Source of the DNA: Nitrosovibrio sp. Nv4
GTDB taxonomy: Bacteria; Bdellovibrionota; UBA1018; CAIMNF01
NCBI GenBank assembly: GCA_943327105.2
Contig: CALPVV020000003.1
Coordinates: 1-56,570, forward strand
Direction: 5' to 3'
DNA length: 56,570 nucleotides
Part shown: positions 1-9,575 of the stretch, piece after piece
Position numbering within the stretch: position 1 is the first letter of the stretch
Layout: each line of letters starts with the position of its first letter
The notes under the pieces: model-generated
Seen by the model: the letters and a program-made list of their open reading frames with translations, nothing else
Databases searched by the model: none
Told to the model about the DNA's origin: nothing
Position numbers and translations under genes: made by a program

Positions 1-1196
1 GAACCTTTTGTTACGATATGTCTGTTGGTGCTTGAAGTGTTGAATTCTTCAAGCGGGATTTCCTGATAGGAGTTTAATAGTGCTTCTTTGATTTCCAATT
101 TTCCTTCGAATTCAGTTTCGATTGTCGAGTAAATTTCAATCTGATTTGAATCTTTCAAAAGTGAGCAATCAAATGATACCTCATCAGAACCAGATGAGAG
201 GTATACTCCATTCAGGAAAACACCAAACTCAACCGGAAGTTTTCTTTTGAAGTTAATCATGCATTCTTCCTTGGTTTTGTTTTCCTTTGTTGAGTAAAAC
301 TTGAGGTTTTTAATGCTTTTAAGAGCGATAACGGGTGTTTTTTTACCAATGAATTGACTCATTTTTTTCTTGGCTTTCGGATAAAAAATATTCATATTCC
401 TGGCGATTTCATCTAACTTGTATTTCTTTATGACTTCATCCGTATAACAGCTATAAATGATTAGGTTATCGATGTTTCCCTTTAGTGATTGAAAGTAACC
501 GGATGGAAAAGGATTGAGTTTGTGGTCAAATAATTTCCCATCGGCTGAAGAATGGCTAAGCAACAGCACGGCGGAAGGATTTGTTTTTTTGATCAAATGA
601 TGAATTTCATTCACATTCTTTTCTTTAATGATGACCCAGTTTTTTCGGCTGAGGAATTTTTCTTTTGCCTCGATTTCAATTGTGGTTTTTTCTTCTTCAA
701 ATTTTGTAATCAATGAAAAATTTGATTCAACCAAGTCTTGTAATTCCTGCAGTTTATTTTCAAGTTGAAGGTCACTTGATATATATGTGATGCATGATTC
801 TTTAGAGTTTATTGATCTGATTTTCTTTTGAAAGCCATGCCTTTTCAGGTCGCGCCGGATTTCTGAAAGCTTTTCTCTGTATTGATCGAGTTTTTCATTC
901 TCATCTTTACTAAGATGGGTTGTTTCTGTAGTGATAATTGCAATTTTTACACCATCAGCTTTGATTCTTGTTTGAAGGTTGTTTTCAATTTTATGAATAT
1001 CAACCAATGATGATGGTTTAAACAAAAGTTTCCCTGCAAACAACATCAAGTCGAGTGTCCCTGGACGAGAGTCGTCTTTGTTGTGAAGCGAATCAATGCC
1101 ATCTTCCGGATAAAGTTGGCTGCAAATATTCTCACCGACGCCTGCAAAACAGAGATTTGAAGAGAATAAAAACAGAATGAAAATTCTTGTTTTCAT
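1..1196 (-). CDS. Secreted hypothetical protein, 3' end beyond the window; possible clan CD His-Cys motif
   Basis: Absent from the ORF track because it runs off the edge. ATG at 1196, 2 nt after the upstream stop; MKTRIFILFLFSSNLCFA signal peptide; frame open to position 1; VLLLSHSSADG...LIIYSCY. Confidence 0.8.
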   Translation of the reverse strand, partial: MKTRIFILFLFSSNLCFAGVGENICSQLYPEDGIDSLHNKDDSRPGTLDLMLFAGKLLFKPSSLVDIHKIENNLQTRIKADGVKIAIITTETTHLSKDENEKLDQYREKLSEIRRDLKRHGFQKKIRSINSKESCITYISSDLQLENKLQELQDLVESNFSLITKFEEEKTTIEIEAKEKFLSRKNWVIIKEKNVNEIHHLIKKTNPSAVLLLSHSSADGKLFDHKLNPFPSGYFQSLKGNIDNLIIYSCYTDEVIKKYKLDEIARNMNIFYPKAKKKMSQFIGKKTPVIALKSIKNLKFYSTKENKTKEECMINFKRKLPVEFGVFLNGVYLSSGSDEVSFDCSLLKDSNQIEIYSTIETEFEGKLEIKEALLNSYQEIPLEEFNTSSTNRHIVTKG

Positions 1197-1198
1197 TT

Positions 1199-1693
1199 TT
1201 ATTGATCCAATTCAATTGCTGTTGTCATTACCTTTTTAAAAGACAGCAACTCTTCAGGGCTAACGTCTGGCCCCATTGCTTTTTCGAATTCCTTAAACTC
1301 AGCTTCGCTCATGGCAACTGATTTGAATCCTTTTGAGTTGAATTCTACTTGTTCCGCTTTCTGCTTTAGCAGCATGGTTGCCTCTTTAATGATGTAAGAA
1401 GGAATAGATGGATACTCGGTTCCAAGTTCGGTAGTCATCGTATCAAGATCCTGGTCCAGAAATGCAACTGCACCAAAAAGCATGAAAACTTCTGGAAAAA
1501 AACGATGGTAACGACTGTGAGTAGCACCTCTGTAGTCTGTGATATAAGGCACCATTGATGCTAGAACTCCTGTGGTCCCAAGGATAATCATTGCGGGATT
1601 CCATAGCAGAAGGCCTGCTTCTGCTTTATTCGCGGGACTTCCGATAGTTGCTAGGGATAAGGCGGTGATAGTAAGTGCTTTTTTAAAATTCAT
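1199..1693 (-). CDS. Secreted/membrane hypothetical protein, 164 aa
   Basis: AGGAG RBS, signal peptide ending AEA, two hydrophobic segments. Confidence 0.8.
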   Translation of the reverse strand: MNFKKALTITALSLATIGSPANKAEAGLLLWNPAMIILGTTGVLASMVPYITDYRGATHSRYHRFFPEVFMLFGAVAFLDQDLDTMTTELGTEYPSIPSYIIKEATMLLKQKAEQVEFNSKGFKSVAMSEAEFKEFEKAMGPDVSPEELLSFKKVMTTAIELDQ

Positions 1694-1772
1694 TTGAGTG
1701 CTCCTGTCAGTTACTGACTTTGTGCAATGTAATGAATTCTTCTAAAAAGTGGGGGAGAAAAATATCCCCTGG

Positions 1773-2957
1773 TTATCCGGCCTTCAGTTTTGTGATTTTT
1801 CGTTCTATGAAATAGGCGCCTTTACGGCTTTTAATGTTTAAATCATGAGTTTCGCGGATTTTAGAAATCATGCGGGTAAGCTTGTTTAAATCATCTTTTG
1901 TTTTAGCTTCTGATCCCCAAAGGTATGCGTAAATTTGTTGTTTTGACAGTGCTGTTTCACTATTGGTCAGCAGTTCAATCAGCGTAGCGGTTTTGGTCTC
2001 TTTTTTCTCAAGCTGAATGGTTGAGGGGGGCAATGCTTTGATGTGCTTATTCAGACAGAGAGAAAAAAGATTTGTTCTCGATTGATAGGAAAAATCAGTT
2101 TGATAGGCCTCGGGCTGCATTCGGTTTAATTCCAGCCAGTGAAGTTTTGCTGATTCTTTTTCCCCTGATTCCAAATAATGAATTACTTTCAGCTGATGGT
2201 AAAGCAGGGGAATTTTCTTGAATTCCCTGTCATAAGCATAGATTGCTTTATTCTTGCATAAATGGTCGAGCAGCAATTTGATGAAATTGAAGTTTTCACT
2301 CAGGTGAAATTTTCGGTGTTTTTTCATTTCAGCAAGAGTTGCGTAACAATGTTCGTAGTTATTTCTTTTCACGTGAAAATTGAACTCACCGATCAATTGC
2401 GAAATCTGATCACTTTCAAGCATTTCATTCTTATTCAATTTAACAAGGTGAAGGTACTCTTCCGCCTTTTTGAAATCATTTATGTCTGAATAGTAAAGAA
2501 ACTGACAACGGTAGAGTCTTACTCCTTGAATCTTGTTCCGCGCTTTTGTGTGCTCCAATAATTTGATGTATTCAAACATCGAATCTGTATTTCCTAAGTT
2601 ATAATGGGTCAGGAATAGATTGAAATAAGCGGTGAACAAATAGCTTTGCGCGTTCAGTGTTTTTAAAATGTTCCCAGCCGCACTTAAATTGATTTCAGCT
2701 TCTTTGAATCGAGACAGATTGTTGAGAGCCACACCAAGCAATAAAAGCCTTTGACTTTCTACGAATGGCATTGTTGAGGGTGAGATTTTACCTAGTAACT
2801 CTACTGTTTCCTGGTTTTTATTGTTTCTGACCAGTAAATGTCCATCGATGATTTTTTTTTCGGCATGAGAAAGCCTCTTATCTGCAAGTAGCTTTTTTGC
2901 CTTATGCGGTGAATGCCCTAGCTCAAAAAGAATTCTATAAAATGCTTTTTGGTTCAT
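1773..2957 (-). CDS. TPR-like helical protein with C-terminal OmpR-type winged HTH; putative transcriptional regulator
   Basis: C-terminus LSKQQIYAYLWG...LTRMISKIR...GAYFI fits trans_reg_C-like wHTH; helical repeats upstream. Confidence 0.75.
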   Translation of the reverse strand: MNQKAFYRILFELGHSPHKAKKLLADKRLSHAEKKIIDGHLLVRNNKNQETVELLGKISPSTMPFVESQRLLLLGVALNNLSRFKEAEINLSAAGNILKTLNAQSYLFTAYFNLFLTHYNLGNTDSMFEYIKLLEHTKARNKIQGVRLYRCQFLYYSDINDFKKAEEYLHLVKLNKNEMLESDQISQLIGEFNFHVKRNNYEHCYATLAEMKKHRKFHLSENFNFIKLLLDHLCKNKAIYAYDREFKKIPLLYHQLKVIHYLESGEKESAKLHWLELNRMQPEAYQTDFSYQSRTNLFSLCLNKHIKALPPSTIQLEKKETKTATLIELLTNSETALSKQQIYAYLWGSEAKTKDDLNKLTRMISKIRETHDLNIKSRKGAYFIERKITKLKAG

Positions 2958-2959
2958 TT

Positions 2960-3415
2960 TTATTTCTCTTCTGGCAAGCCCATTTCAGAAAAGAACTCGA
3001 TGATTTCTTCGGCAAGCGCATCGTTGATTTTGTATTTCGACTTCAGATAGTTTTTAAATGATTTTTTGTTGCTGATCTCTTTGAACATTGCCTGTGTTTT
3101 TACATCATTGATGCAGGCGAATATTTTGTCTTTGACAACACACTTGTCGTTCTCTGAGTTCGATAATTCAAACAATGAGAGGCTGAGATAAACTTGCATC
3201 AGGTCATTGCTATTGATGATTTTTTTCCTTGAATTACAAATTTTTTCCCTAGATTTAAGGTGATTCAAATAGGCTTCAACTTTTTTTGCATATAATTTTT
3301 CAAATATCGGTCTAGTGATGACGTAGGGTGGAATGACAATTCCGCCCCCAGTGGTTACTTGGGCAAAAGATGCGGAATTCAATAAAATCAGTAAATAAAC
3401 CAATCTGTGCTTCAC
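2960..3415 (-). CDS. Secreted hypothetical protein
   Basis: Probable GTG start at 3415 gives signal peptide KHRLVYLLILLNSASFA followed by QVTTGGG; stop 2 nt before the next start. Confidence 0.7.
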   Translation of the reverse strand: MKHRLVYLLILLNSASFAQVTTGGGIVIPPYVITRPIFEKLYAKKVEAYLNHLKSREKICNSRKKIINSNDLMQVYLSLSLFELSNSENDKCVVKDKIFACINDVKTQAMFKEISNKKSFKNYLKSKYKINDALAEEIIEFFSEMGLPEEK

Positions 3416-3494
3416 GTTATTCTTGTCGGAAGAAACCGTCAAAAACTTTACGGCTGATCAGAGTGGGTCAATGAAGACACATTTAGGTAATCAA

Positions 3495-4328
3495 TTAAAA
3501 ATCAACGTTAGTGGAGGTGTTTTCCCAATCCATCATTTCTTTTGAGAAGCGTTCCATTTTATCGCGTGCTCTTTTTAGTGCAATTCCACCCAATACGAGT
3601 CGAAGGGGCGGGGTTGGATGATCGACCAGTTCAATCATGATTTTTGCTGCTTTATCCGGGTCACCGGGTTGATTACCGCCAATGGTCTGATAAAGCTTTC
3701 GAGTGTTGTCTAAAATCCCATCATACTCTTTCATGGGAACGGCTGTTTTTAATGACCCATTTGCAAATTGCGTTCTGAATGCCCCTGGTTCAATAAGGGT
3801 GAGTTTGATGTTGAAGGGTGCGATTTCAGCTGCGAGCGCTTCAGATAGCCCCTCAACAGCAAATTTGGTTGCAGCATAGATTCCTGCTCCAGGTATGGCT
3901 GCAATCCCAGCCACGGAAGAAAGATTCAAGATGTAACCCGATTGCTGATTGCGCATGGTTGGTAAAACTGCACGAGTCACTTCAATTAATCCGAATACGT
4001 TGGTGTCGAAGCTTCTTCTGATGTCATTTTCAGTTATTTCTTCCAGTGCGCCGACATGTCCAAAGCCCGCATTGTTGATAAGCACATCAATGCGTCCAAA
4101 TTTTTCAATGGCATGGTTCACTGCCAGTTTGATGTCTTCATTGTTCGTAACATCAAGTTTTAAGGTGAGGAGTTGATCCGGTTTTTGGGATAACTTTTTA
4201 AGTTCATCCAAGAGTTCCGGTTTTCTCGCAGTTGCAACTACGCTTTCGCCACGCTCTAACAATTGCTTGCAGAGAATGCTTCCAAAACCACTGGTACAAC
4301 CTGTGATGAACCAAACTTTCTTAGACAT
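3495..4328 (-). CDS. Short-chain dehydrogenase/reductase
   Basis: TGCTSGFG, NNAG, S...YAATK motifs; AAGGA RBS. Confidence 0.93.
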   Translation of the reverse strand: MSKKVWFITGCTSGFGSILCKQLLERGESVVATARKPELLDELKKLSQKPDQLLTLKLDVTNNEDIKLAVNHAIEKFGRIDVLINNAGFGHVGALEEITENDIRRSFDTNVFGLIEVTRAVLPTMRNQQSGYILNLSSVAGIAAIPGAGIYAATKFAVEGLSEALAAEIAPFNIKLTLIEPGAFRTQFANGSLKTAVPMKEYDGILDNTRKLYQTIGGNQPGDPDKAAKIMIELVDHPTPPLRLVLGGIALKRARDKMERFSKEMMDWENTSTNVDF

Positions 4329-4342
4329 GCATTCCTTCGGTG

Positions 4343-7300
4343 TTAAACCACTTTGAGGCCGATGCCTACCTTGCCTTCTTCAATATCGGTTGCCACTTCA
4401 GTGTGGGTACCAGTGACTGATTCAGGGCTGGCTGCATAGGTCAGCTTTGTGGTCAGCGTTTCGCTAGTGAGGGTTGATTCATGGGCTTTCACCGCTTCAA
4501 GAAGCTTCCCATCAACGAAGAGCGAAAGTTCAATGCGTGCATCGAGTTTCAGGTCTGCGTTTTTACGTGCTTGCTGAATCTTACGCATCACTTCGCGTGA
4601 AAGTCCTTCCAAAATCTGATCTTCATTCAAGGTTGCATCGACTTCGATCGACACCAGCTGGTGAGCTGAAATTGTCGGCTTGTCGCCTTTTGAAGAACGT
4701 TTGATTTCAATGTCAGCAATCGTGATCGCTTCACCATCGATCAAAATCGATGCACCCGTTTCGAGTTTTTCAAGATCAGCAATTGAAAGCTTGTCGATTT
4801 GTGCGGCAATCGCCTTCATTTTCGGGCCTACGCGCTTACCGAGTACCGGGAAGTTCGCTTTCGCTTTTACCTGTACGAAGTCTTCTTCTTTCGTGTGGTA
4901 TTCAAATGCGCGAATGTTGAGCTCGTCTTGGAAGTAGTATTCGAGCTTCTTCAGGCTATCGAGCGCCTGCTGATCTCGATGAATGATCTTCATGCTGAGA
5001 AGCGGAATCTTCGCCTTGATCTTGATCTTCTCGCGAAGATTACGACCTAGCATCACTAGGGCATCCATGCGAGCAACCGCTTGCTCGAGATCAGCATTGA
5101 TGAAATTCGTTTCTGCTTCCGGGAAAAGTTCGAGGTGCACGCTTTCTTTTGCGCTTGCACTTGCTTTCGAAAGATTCTGATAGGTTTCTTCAGCCAGGAA
5201 CGGCGCGAATGGAGCCATGATCTTAGAAAGCGTCATCAGCACGTGATAAAGTGTTTCGTACGCGTAGCGCTTGTCTTCAGGCATGCCGTCTTTCCAGAAG
5301 TGGGGACGGTTGAAGCGAATGTAAGTGTTCGTCAACGCTTCAATGAAGTTCAAAAGCTCTGGCACGACAGTGTAAAGGCGGTAAGCCGCCATTTCCTGAT
5401 TCGTGTGTTGAATGAGGGAATTCAAGCGCGAAAGGATCCACTGATCGAGCAGGTTCGGAGTCTTCGCGTAATCGCCTTTGGGTTTGAAACCATCAATGCT
5501 CGCGTAGTTCGTGAAGAACGAGTACGAGTTCCACCATCTGAGAGAAATGCGGCGAACGATTTCACGCACACCTTTTTCAGAGAAGCGAAGTTCTTCGGCT
5601 CTTACGGCTTGTGAATCGATCATGTACAAGCGAAGTGCATCGGCACCATGCTCGTCGAGAACTTTCATTGGGTCCGGATAGTTCTTCAAGCTTTTCGACA
5701 TCTTCTTGCCGTCTTCAGCCAAGATGAGTCCGTTCACGATCACGTTTTTGAATGGTGCTTTACCGAAGAGTCCGGTTCCGATCACCATGAGTGTGTAGAA
5801 CCATCCGCGAGTTTGGTCCAAACCTTCTGCGATGAAATCAGCCGGGAAGTTCTTTTCGAAATCAGCCTGATGAGTGAATGGGTAACCCCATTGTGCATAA
5901 GGCATCGAGCCCGATTCAAACCAACAGTCCAAAACTTCATCAATGCGTTTCAACGGAGATTTTCCGGTTGGAGAAGGAATTTCAATTTGATCGACGAATT
6001 CTTTGTGAAGGTCAGCCACTTTCTGACCAGAGAGTTTTTCGAGTTCTTCGCGAGAACCGATACACATCATCTCGCCTTCTTTGTTTCGCCAGATTGGAAG
6101 AGGAGTTCCCCAGAAACGGTTACGCGAAATCGCCCAGTCACGTGCGCCTTCGAGCCAGTTTCCGAAACGGCCATCACGAAGGGTTTCAGGAACCCAGTTC
6201 GTCGTTTTGTTTGCGGCAACAATCTCTTCTTTGATTTTTTCAACTGCAACAAACCACGATGAAACCGCACGGTAAATGAGTGGAGTGCCCGAACGGTAAC
6301 AGAACGGGTAGGAGTGGAGAAGTGAATCGATTTTGTAAGTGCGACCTTCCGCTTTCAAACGAGCAATGATGTCTTTGTCGGCATCTTTCACTCGCTTGCC
6401 TTGGTAGTCTGGCACTTGAGCAGTGAACATTCCGTCGTCATCGACGGGGTTCACGACCGGAATACCGGCTTTTTTACAGCCGTTAAAGTCTTCTTCCCCG
6501 AATGCCGGAGCCATGTGAACCACACCGGTTCCGCTTTCGGTAGTGACGTGATCAGAATGAATGATTTTGAATGCGCCTTCTGCGCGCTTGTTTTCAAAGT
6601 AATTGAAGAGTGGAGTGTACTCAAGGCCCACGAGTTCCGCGCCCGTCATCTTACCGATGACTTCGAACACTTCGCCTGGTTTTTTCTCGTAACTCTTTAG
6701 CAACGCTTCAGCGAGAATGAATTGTTTGCCGGTCGCGATCTCTTTCACTTTCACGTATTCGATTTCGTTACCCACGGCGAGAGCCAAGTTGCTCGGAAGC
6801 GTCCACGGAGTGGTCGTCCACGCGAGTACTGCAGTTTCAGGTTCTTTCACGAGCGGGAACGTCACCGTGATCGCCGGGTCTTGCACTTCACGGTAATCGA
6901 GATTCGCTTCGAAGTTTGAAAGTGGTGTCGATACACCTACGGAATACGGCACGACTTTCAAGCCTTCGTAGATGAGGCCCTTGTTGTAAAGTTGTTGAAA
7001 TACCCACCACACGCTTTGCATGAATTCCACCTGCATGGTGAAGTAAGCGTTGTCCATGTCGACCCAGCGGCCGATGCGTTTCACGGTTTTTTTCCATTCA
7101 TTCGAATAGCGATCGACGATGCTGCGGCAAGCGGCATTGTATTTGTCGACGCCGAATTCAAGAATTTCTTTGCGTGAGTGCAGGTTCAGGGTTTTGTTGA
7201 TTTCAAATTCAACGGGTACGCCGTGACAGTCCCAACCGAAGCGGCGCTGTACGCGGTAGCCTTTCATGGTCCAGTAGCGAGGCACGATGTCTTTTAGCGT

Positions 7301-7507
7301 GCCGGCGAGCAAGTGACCGTAGTGCGGAAGCCCGGTCGCAAACGGAGGGCCGTCGTAGAAGCTGTAAGGCTTGGCGTGTTCGGCGTCGCTCATCGATTTT
7401 TCAAAAATTTTGTTTTCGTCCCAAAAGCGAAGTTGTTTTTCTTCAATCTGAGGGAAGTTCACGTCTGATTTTACAGGTTGGAAAGTGCCGGTTTCTTGAG
7501 TTGCCAT
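4343..7507 (-). CDS. ileS: Isoleucine--tRNA ligase, type 2 (eukaryote-like)
   Basis: DGPPFATGLPHYGH, GWDCHG, WTTTPWTLP editing motif, WAISRNRFWGTP, KMSKS; no C-terminal Cys4 zinc finger; start placed at MATQET. Confidence 0.97.
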   Translation of the reverse strand: MATQETGTFQPVKSDVNFPQIEEKQLRFWDENKIFEKSMSDAEHAKPYSFYDGPPFATGLPHYGHLLAGTLKDIVPRYWTMKGYRVQRRFGWDCHGVPVEFEINKTLNLHSRKEILEFGVDKYNAACRSIVDRYSNEWKKTVKRIGRWVDMDNAYFTMQVEFMQSVWWVFQQLYNKGLIYEGLKVVPYSVGVSTPLSNFEANLDYREVQDPAITVTFPLVKEPETAVLAWTTTPWTLPSNLALAVGNEIEYVKVKEIATGKQFILAEALLKSYEKKPGEVFEVIGKMTGAELVGLEYTPLFNYFENKRAEGAFKIIHSDHVTTESGTGVVHMAPAFGEEDFNGCKKAGIPVVNPVDDDGMFTAQVPDYQGKRVKDADKDIIARLKAEGRTYKIDSLLHSYPFCYRSGTPLIYRAVSSWFVAVEKIKEEIVAANKTTNWVPETLRDGRFGNWLEGARDWAISRNRFWGTPLPIWRNKEGEMMCIGSREELEKLSGQKVADLHKEFVDQIEIPSPTGKSPLKRIDEVLDCWFESGSMPYAQWGYPFTHQADFEKNFPADFIAEGLDQTRGWFYTLMVIGTGLFGKAPFKNVIVNGLILAEDGKKMSKSLKNYPDPMKVLDEHGADALRLYMIDSQAVRAEELRFSEKGVREIVRRISLRWWNSYSFFTNYASIDGFKPKGDYAKTPNLLDQWILSRLNSLIQHTNQEMAAYRLYTVVPELLNFIEALTNTYIRFNRPHFWKDGMPEDKRYAYETLYHVLMTLSKIMAPFAPFLAEETYQNLSKASASAKESVHLELFPEAETNFINADLEQAVARMDALVMLGRNLREKIKIKAKIPLLSMKIIHRDQQALDSLKKLEYYFQDELNIRAFEYHTKEEDFVQVKAKANFPVLGKRVGPKMKAIAAQIDKLSIADLEKLETGASILIDGEAITIADIEIKRSSKGDKPTISAHQLVSIEVDATLNEDQILEGLSREVMRKIQQARKNADLKLDARIELSLFVDGKLLEAVKAHESTLTSETLTTKLTYAASPESVTGTHTEVATDIEEGKVGIGLKVV

Positions 7508-7561
7508 GATTTCGAAAGTGTATCGGAAATGTTGGGGAATTTGTAGGGGAAAGGTGGGTGG

Positions 7562-7579
7562 ATTTTGAGCGCTCGAAGT
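7562..7579. repeat. Degenerate 18-bp palindrome ATTTTGAGCGCTCGAAGT (ACTTCG-N6-CGAAGT family)
   Basis: Two C>T changes from a perfect palindrome; similar to 7627 and 9871. Confidence 0.5.
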
Positions 7580-7626
7580 AGATGGTGAAATGAAGTTGGT
7601 TGACTGGTGAAGCGATGACTCACCGC

Positions 7627-7647
7627 ACTTCGCGCGCCTGAAGTGGC
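7627..7647. repeat. Palindromic element ACTTCGCGCGCCTGAAGTGGC
   Basis: 19/21 identical to 9871-9891 inside the HNH gene. Confidence 0.7.
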
Positions 7648-7677
7648 TCATTTTAAGTGCTAGCGATCGTGTTCAAG

Positions 7678-8220
7678 TTATTTACTGAACGGAACCGTTT
7701 CTGCCGGAAAAATCGGATCCCAAGGGCAGGGTTTGCCATCACCGTCGTATGCAGTGACGCAAGTGCCGTCTTCGCCTTTCAGAACATACCATTGCATTGG
7801 TCTTCCGTTTCCAAAATAGGTGCCTAGATTGGGAAATACATATTTTCGGTCTTGTTCGATTGATCTGGGTTTGTTCAGGTTCGTAACACCTGCAATGTAG
7901 ACCGTTTTTGATTCCTTCAGGATCTTTTGAATGATTCCTACTTTTGAAAAACATTCTTTTTTAGTGGTTTGGATCGATTGAATGCCGTTTAGGACTGTGT
8001 TTGCTTCATCGAGAATGTGAATGTAAAATCCAAAACTGCCTGGCCGGTCACCTCCACTAGCAAAAAGGTCTTCGCATTCCACTAAGACTCGATCCGAGCT
8101 CACTAAGTATCCTATTTTTCCATTTTCAATTTGATGTATTTTGATTTTGGATGAAGCACAGCTTTGAACAAGCAGTAAGCAGGTAATCATCAATTTATTT
8201 TTTAGACAAAAGTTTTTCAT
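7678..8220 (-). CDS. Hypothetical lipoprotein
   Basis: Lipobox-like LLLVQSC; several Cys; overlaps the 3' end of the upstream ORF; start uncertain. Confidence 0.7.
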   Translation of the reverse strand: MKNFCLKNKLMITCLLLVQSCASSKIKIHQIENGKIGYLVSSDRVLVECEDLFASGGDRPGSFGFYIHILDEANTVLNGIQSIQTTKKECFSKVGIIQKILKESKTVYIAGVTNLNKPRSIEQDRKYVFPNLGTYFGNGRPMQWYVLKGEDGTCVTAYDGDGKPCPWDPIFPAETVPFSK

Positions 8221-8569
8221 ATGCATCCTTGAAGTTGATGAGGGCTGATTTTTTATAGCTTGTGCTACTTTTCGTAAGCCCCTTATATTCTAAAATCAAT
8301 TCTTCAGTGCCGGGCGCGTGACCCAGTCGATTGGTAGCGGTTGTTTTTTTTCTGAATAACCATCGGGTGGCGAGTGGAATCGCAATTTCAGGATCATACA
8401 AATCTTTTTGACGAATATCCTTGAATAGAAAATCTTTGGCCTCACCATCCGGATCTTGCAAGATTTTCAGAGTTGAAGTGGTGATGCCCGTTGAGTTATT
8501 TCTGCTGATAGGCACGTGCATCGGGTGTTCATGCACCGTGGTTGTTTTTTTGAGTTTTTTATCAGCCAT
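8195..8569 (-). pseudogene. Probable internally deleted SLT/lytic transglycosylase-like gene (intact 124-aa frame)
   Basis: Retains KDLYDPEIAIPLATRWL resembling the SLT L.DP..NI..G..YL motif but lacks the catalytic ES and GLMQ motifs. Confidence 0.4.
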
Positions 8570-8677
8570 GGCATCGATATCCCTGATGGAATTTTAGCAT
8601 TTTACAGGAAGAAATTGAATTTTAAACTTTTGTTTTTTTGAGTTTCAAACTGATGTTCTGGGGTAGTGCCACCGTCT

Positions 8678-8718
8678 AAAACAAAACCGCCCGAGAAGCT
8701 GCGTTCTCAGGCGGTTTA
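8678..8718 (-). terminator. Rho-independent terminator
   Basis: Minus strand AAACCGCCTGAGAA-CGCAGC-TTCTCGGGCGGTTTTGTTTT; G-U pair and U tract favour the minus strand. Confidence 0.8.
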
Positions 8719-8785
8719 AATCGGAAAGCATTTGCTTTAATGAGCAAGCCCGGATTTCGGCGGATTTGCTCATGTTGTGAATGGT

Positions 8786-8917
8786 TTACTCACCATCTGT
8801 GTAAAGTGAGCGTACAAAAGTTGCTTTTGCACTATTGCCAAATGCTTCACTGATGACTGGTGCTACGAATTTCTGAGTCGATTGAACTTTTCTAAGATCC
8901 ACTTGGTACTTGTATGA
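8786..8917 (-). pseudogene. Possible 3' gene remnant (43 codons, SYKYQVDL...LYTDGE*)
   Basis: Open protein-like frame with no good start or RBS, followed by two hairpins. Confidence 0.3.
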
Positions 8918-8929
8918 TTAGCTTACTGA

Positions 8930-9394
8930 TCACCAGTCACAAACTGCATGGCAATTGTAGGATCCATTGGCGATCAGGCTTGGATTGCCGAATGATTGAA
9001 TTCTTACTGTTACCGGTGATGAGCAAGGATCATTACTGCTGCTTGGAAACAAATTACCGTTAGTAGAAATTCGATAACCATCGACTTTATTATCGGTAAT
9101 GAACTCGGTAACGTCGCCATTTTTTGAGGTAACTGTAACCAGATCTTGGAATTTGATCGGATCGTTGGGAATAGGGTGGGTTCGATAAGAAGGTGAGTTT
9201 GCTGGTTTGGTGGTAATGCTCAGCTTGTATCGTGAAGGATGATTCGGGTAATCGTTGTGCATGAATAACGTCACGTCTTTTTGAACGCCATTGATGACCA
9301 TGATCTGTTTTGAGCATCTCAGATCAAGGGTATTGGCTTGTACTGTACCGATAGTTAAAATTGAGGCGATCATCAGGCTTTTTTTCATTTTCAT
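8930..9394 (-). CDS. Secreted hypothetical protein
   Basis: AAGGAG RBS, signal peptide ending VQA, four Cys. Confidence 0.8.
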   Translation of the reverse strand: MKMKKSLMIASILTIGTVQANTLDLRCSKQIMVINGVQKDVTLFMHNDYPNHPSRYKLSITTKPANSPSYRTHPIPNDPIKFQDLVTVTSKNGDVTEFITDNKVDGYRISTNGNLFPSSSNDPCSSPVTVRIQSFGNPSLIANGSYNCHAVCDW

Positions 9395-9575
9395 ACTCCT
9401 TGTGTGACTTTTTAAATTTCTGAGAGCAACTTAACTGATCGCGTTATAATGTAAATCAATTTTGTGTAAAGCAGTGTTCAAACTGTAGCAAGTGCTTGCA
9501 ACAGGTTTTGCCGGTGAGTGATGGGTGTCGAGTTTTGGTTTTAATTGATTTAAATAATGAAGCTAAATTGACCGG

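Noticed and set aside
7508-7651. 48-aa N-terminal extension of IleRS in the ORF track
   Set aside because: Non-homologous-looking sequence that spans the palindromes and a TACACT -10-like box; MATQET is the likelier start
7508-7677. T-box leader for ileS
   Set aside because: No AGGGTGGNACCGCG T-box or terminator on the minus strand
8720-8850. Multi-branch ncRNA closed by AAGCATTTG/CAAATGCTT
   Set aside because: Half of it lies in a protein-like frame and the short AT-rich stems could be chance; only the two strong hairpins were kept
9497-9514. Sigma54 promoter for the 9394 gene (CGGCAAAACCTGTTGC)
   Set aside because: GG-to-GC spacing is 11 nt, not the required 10
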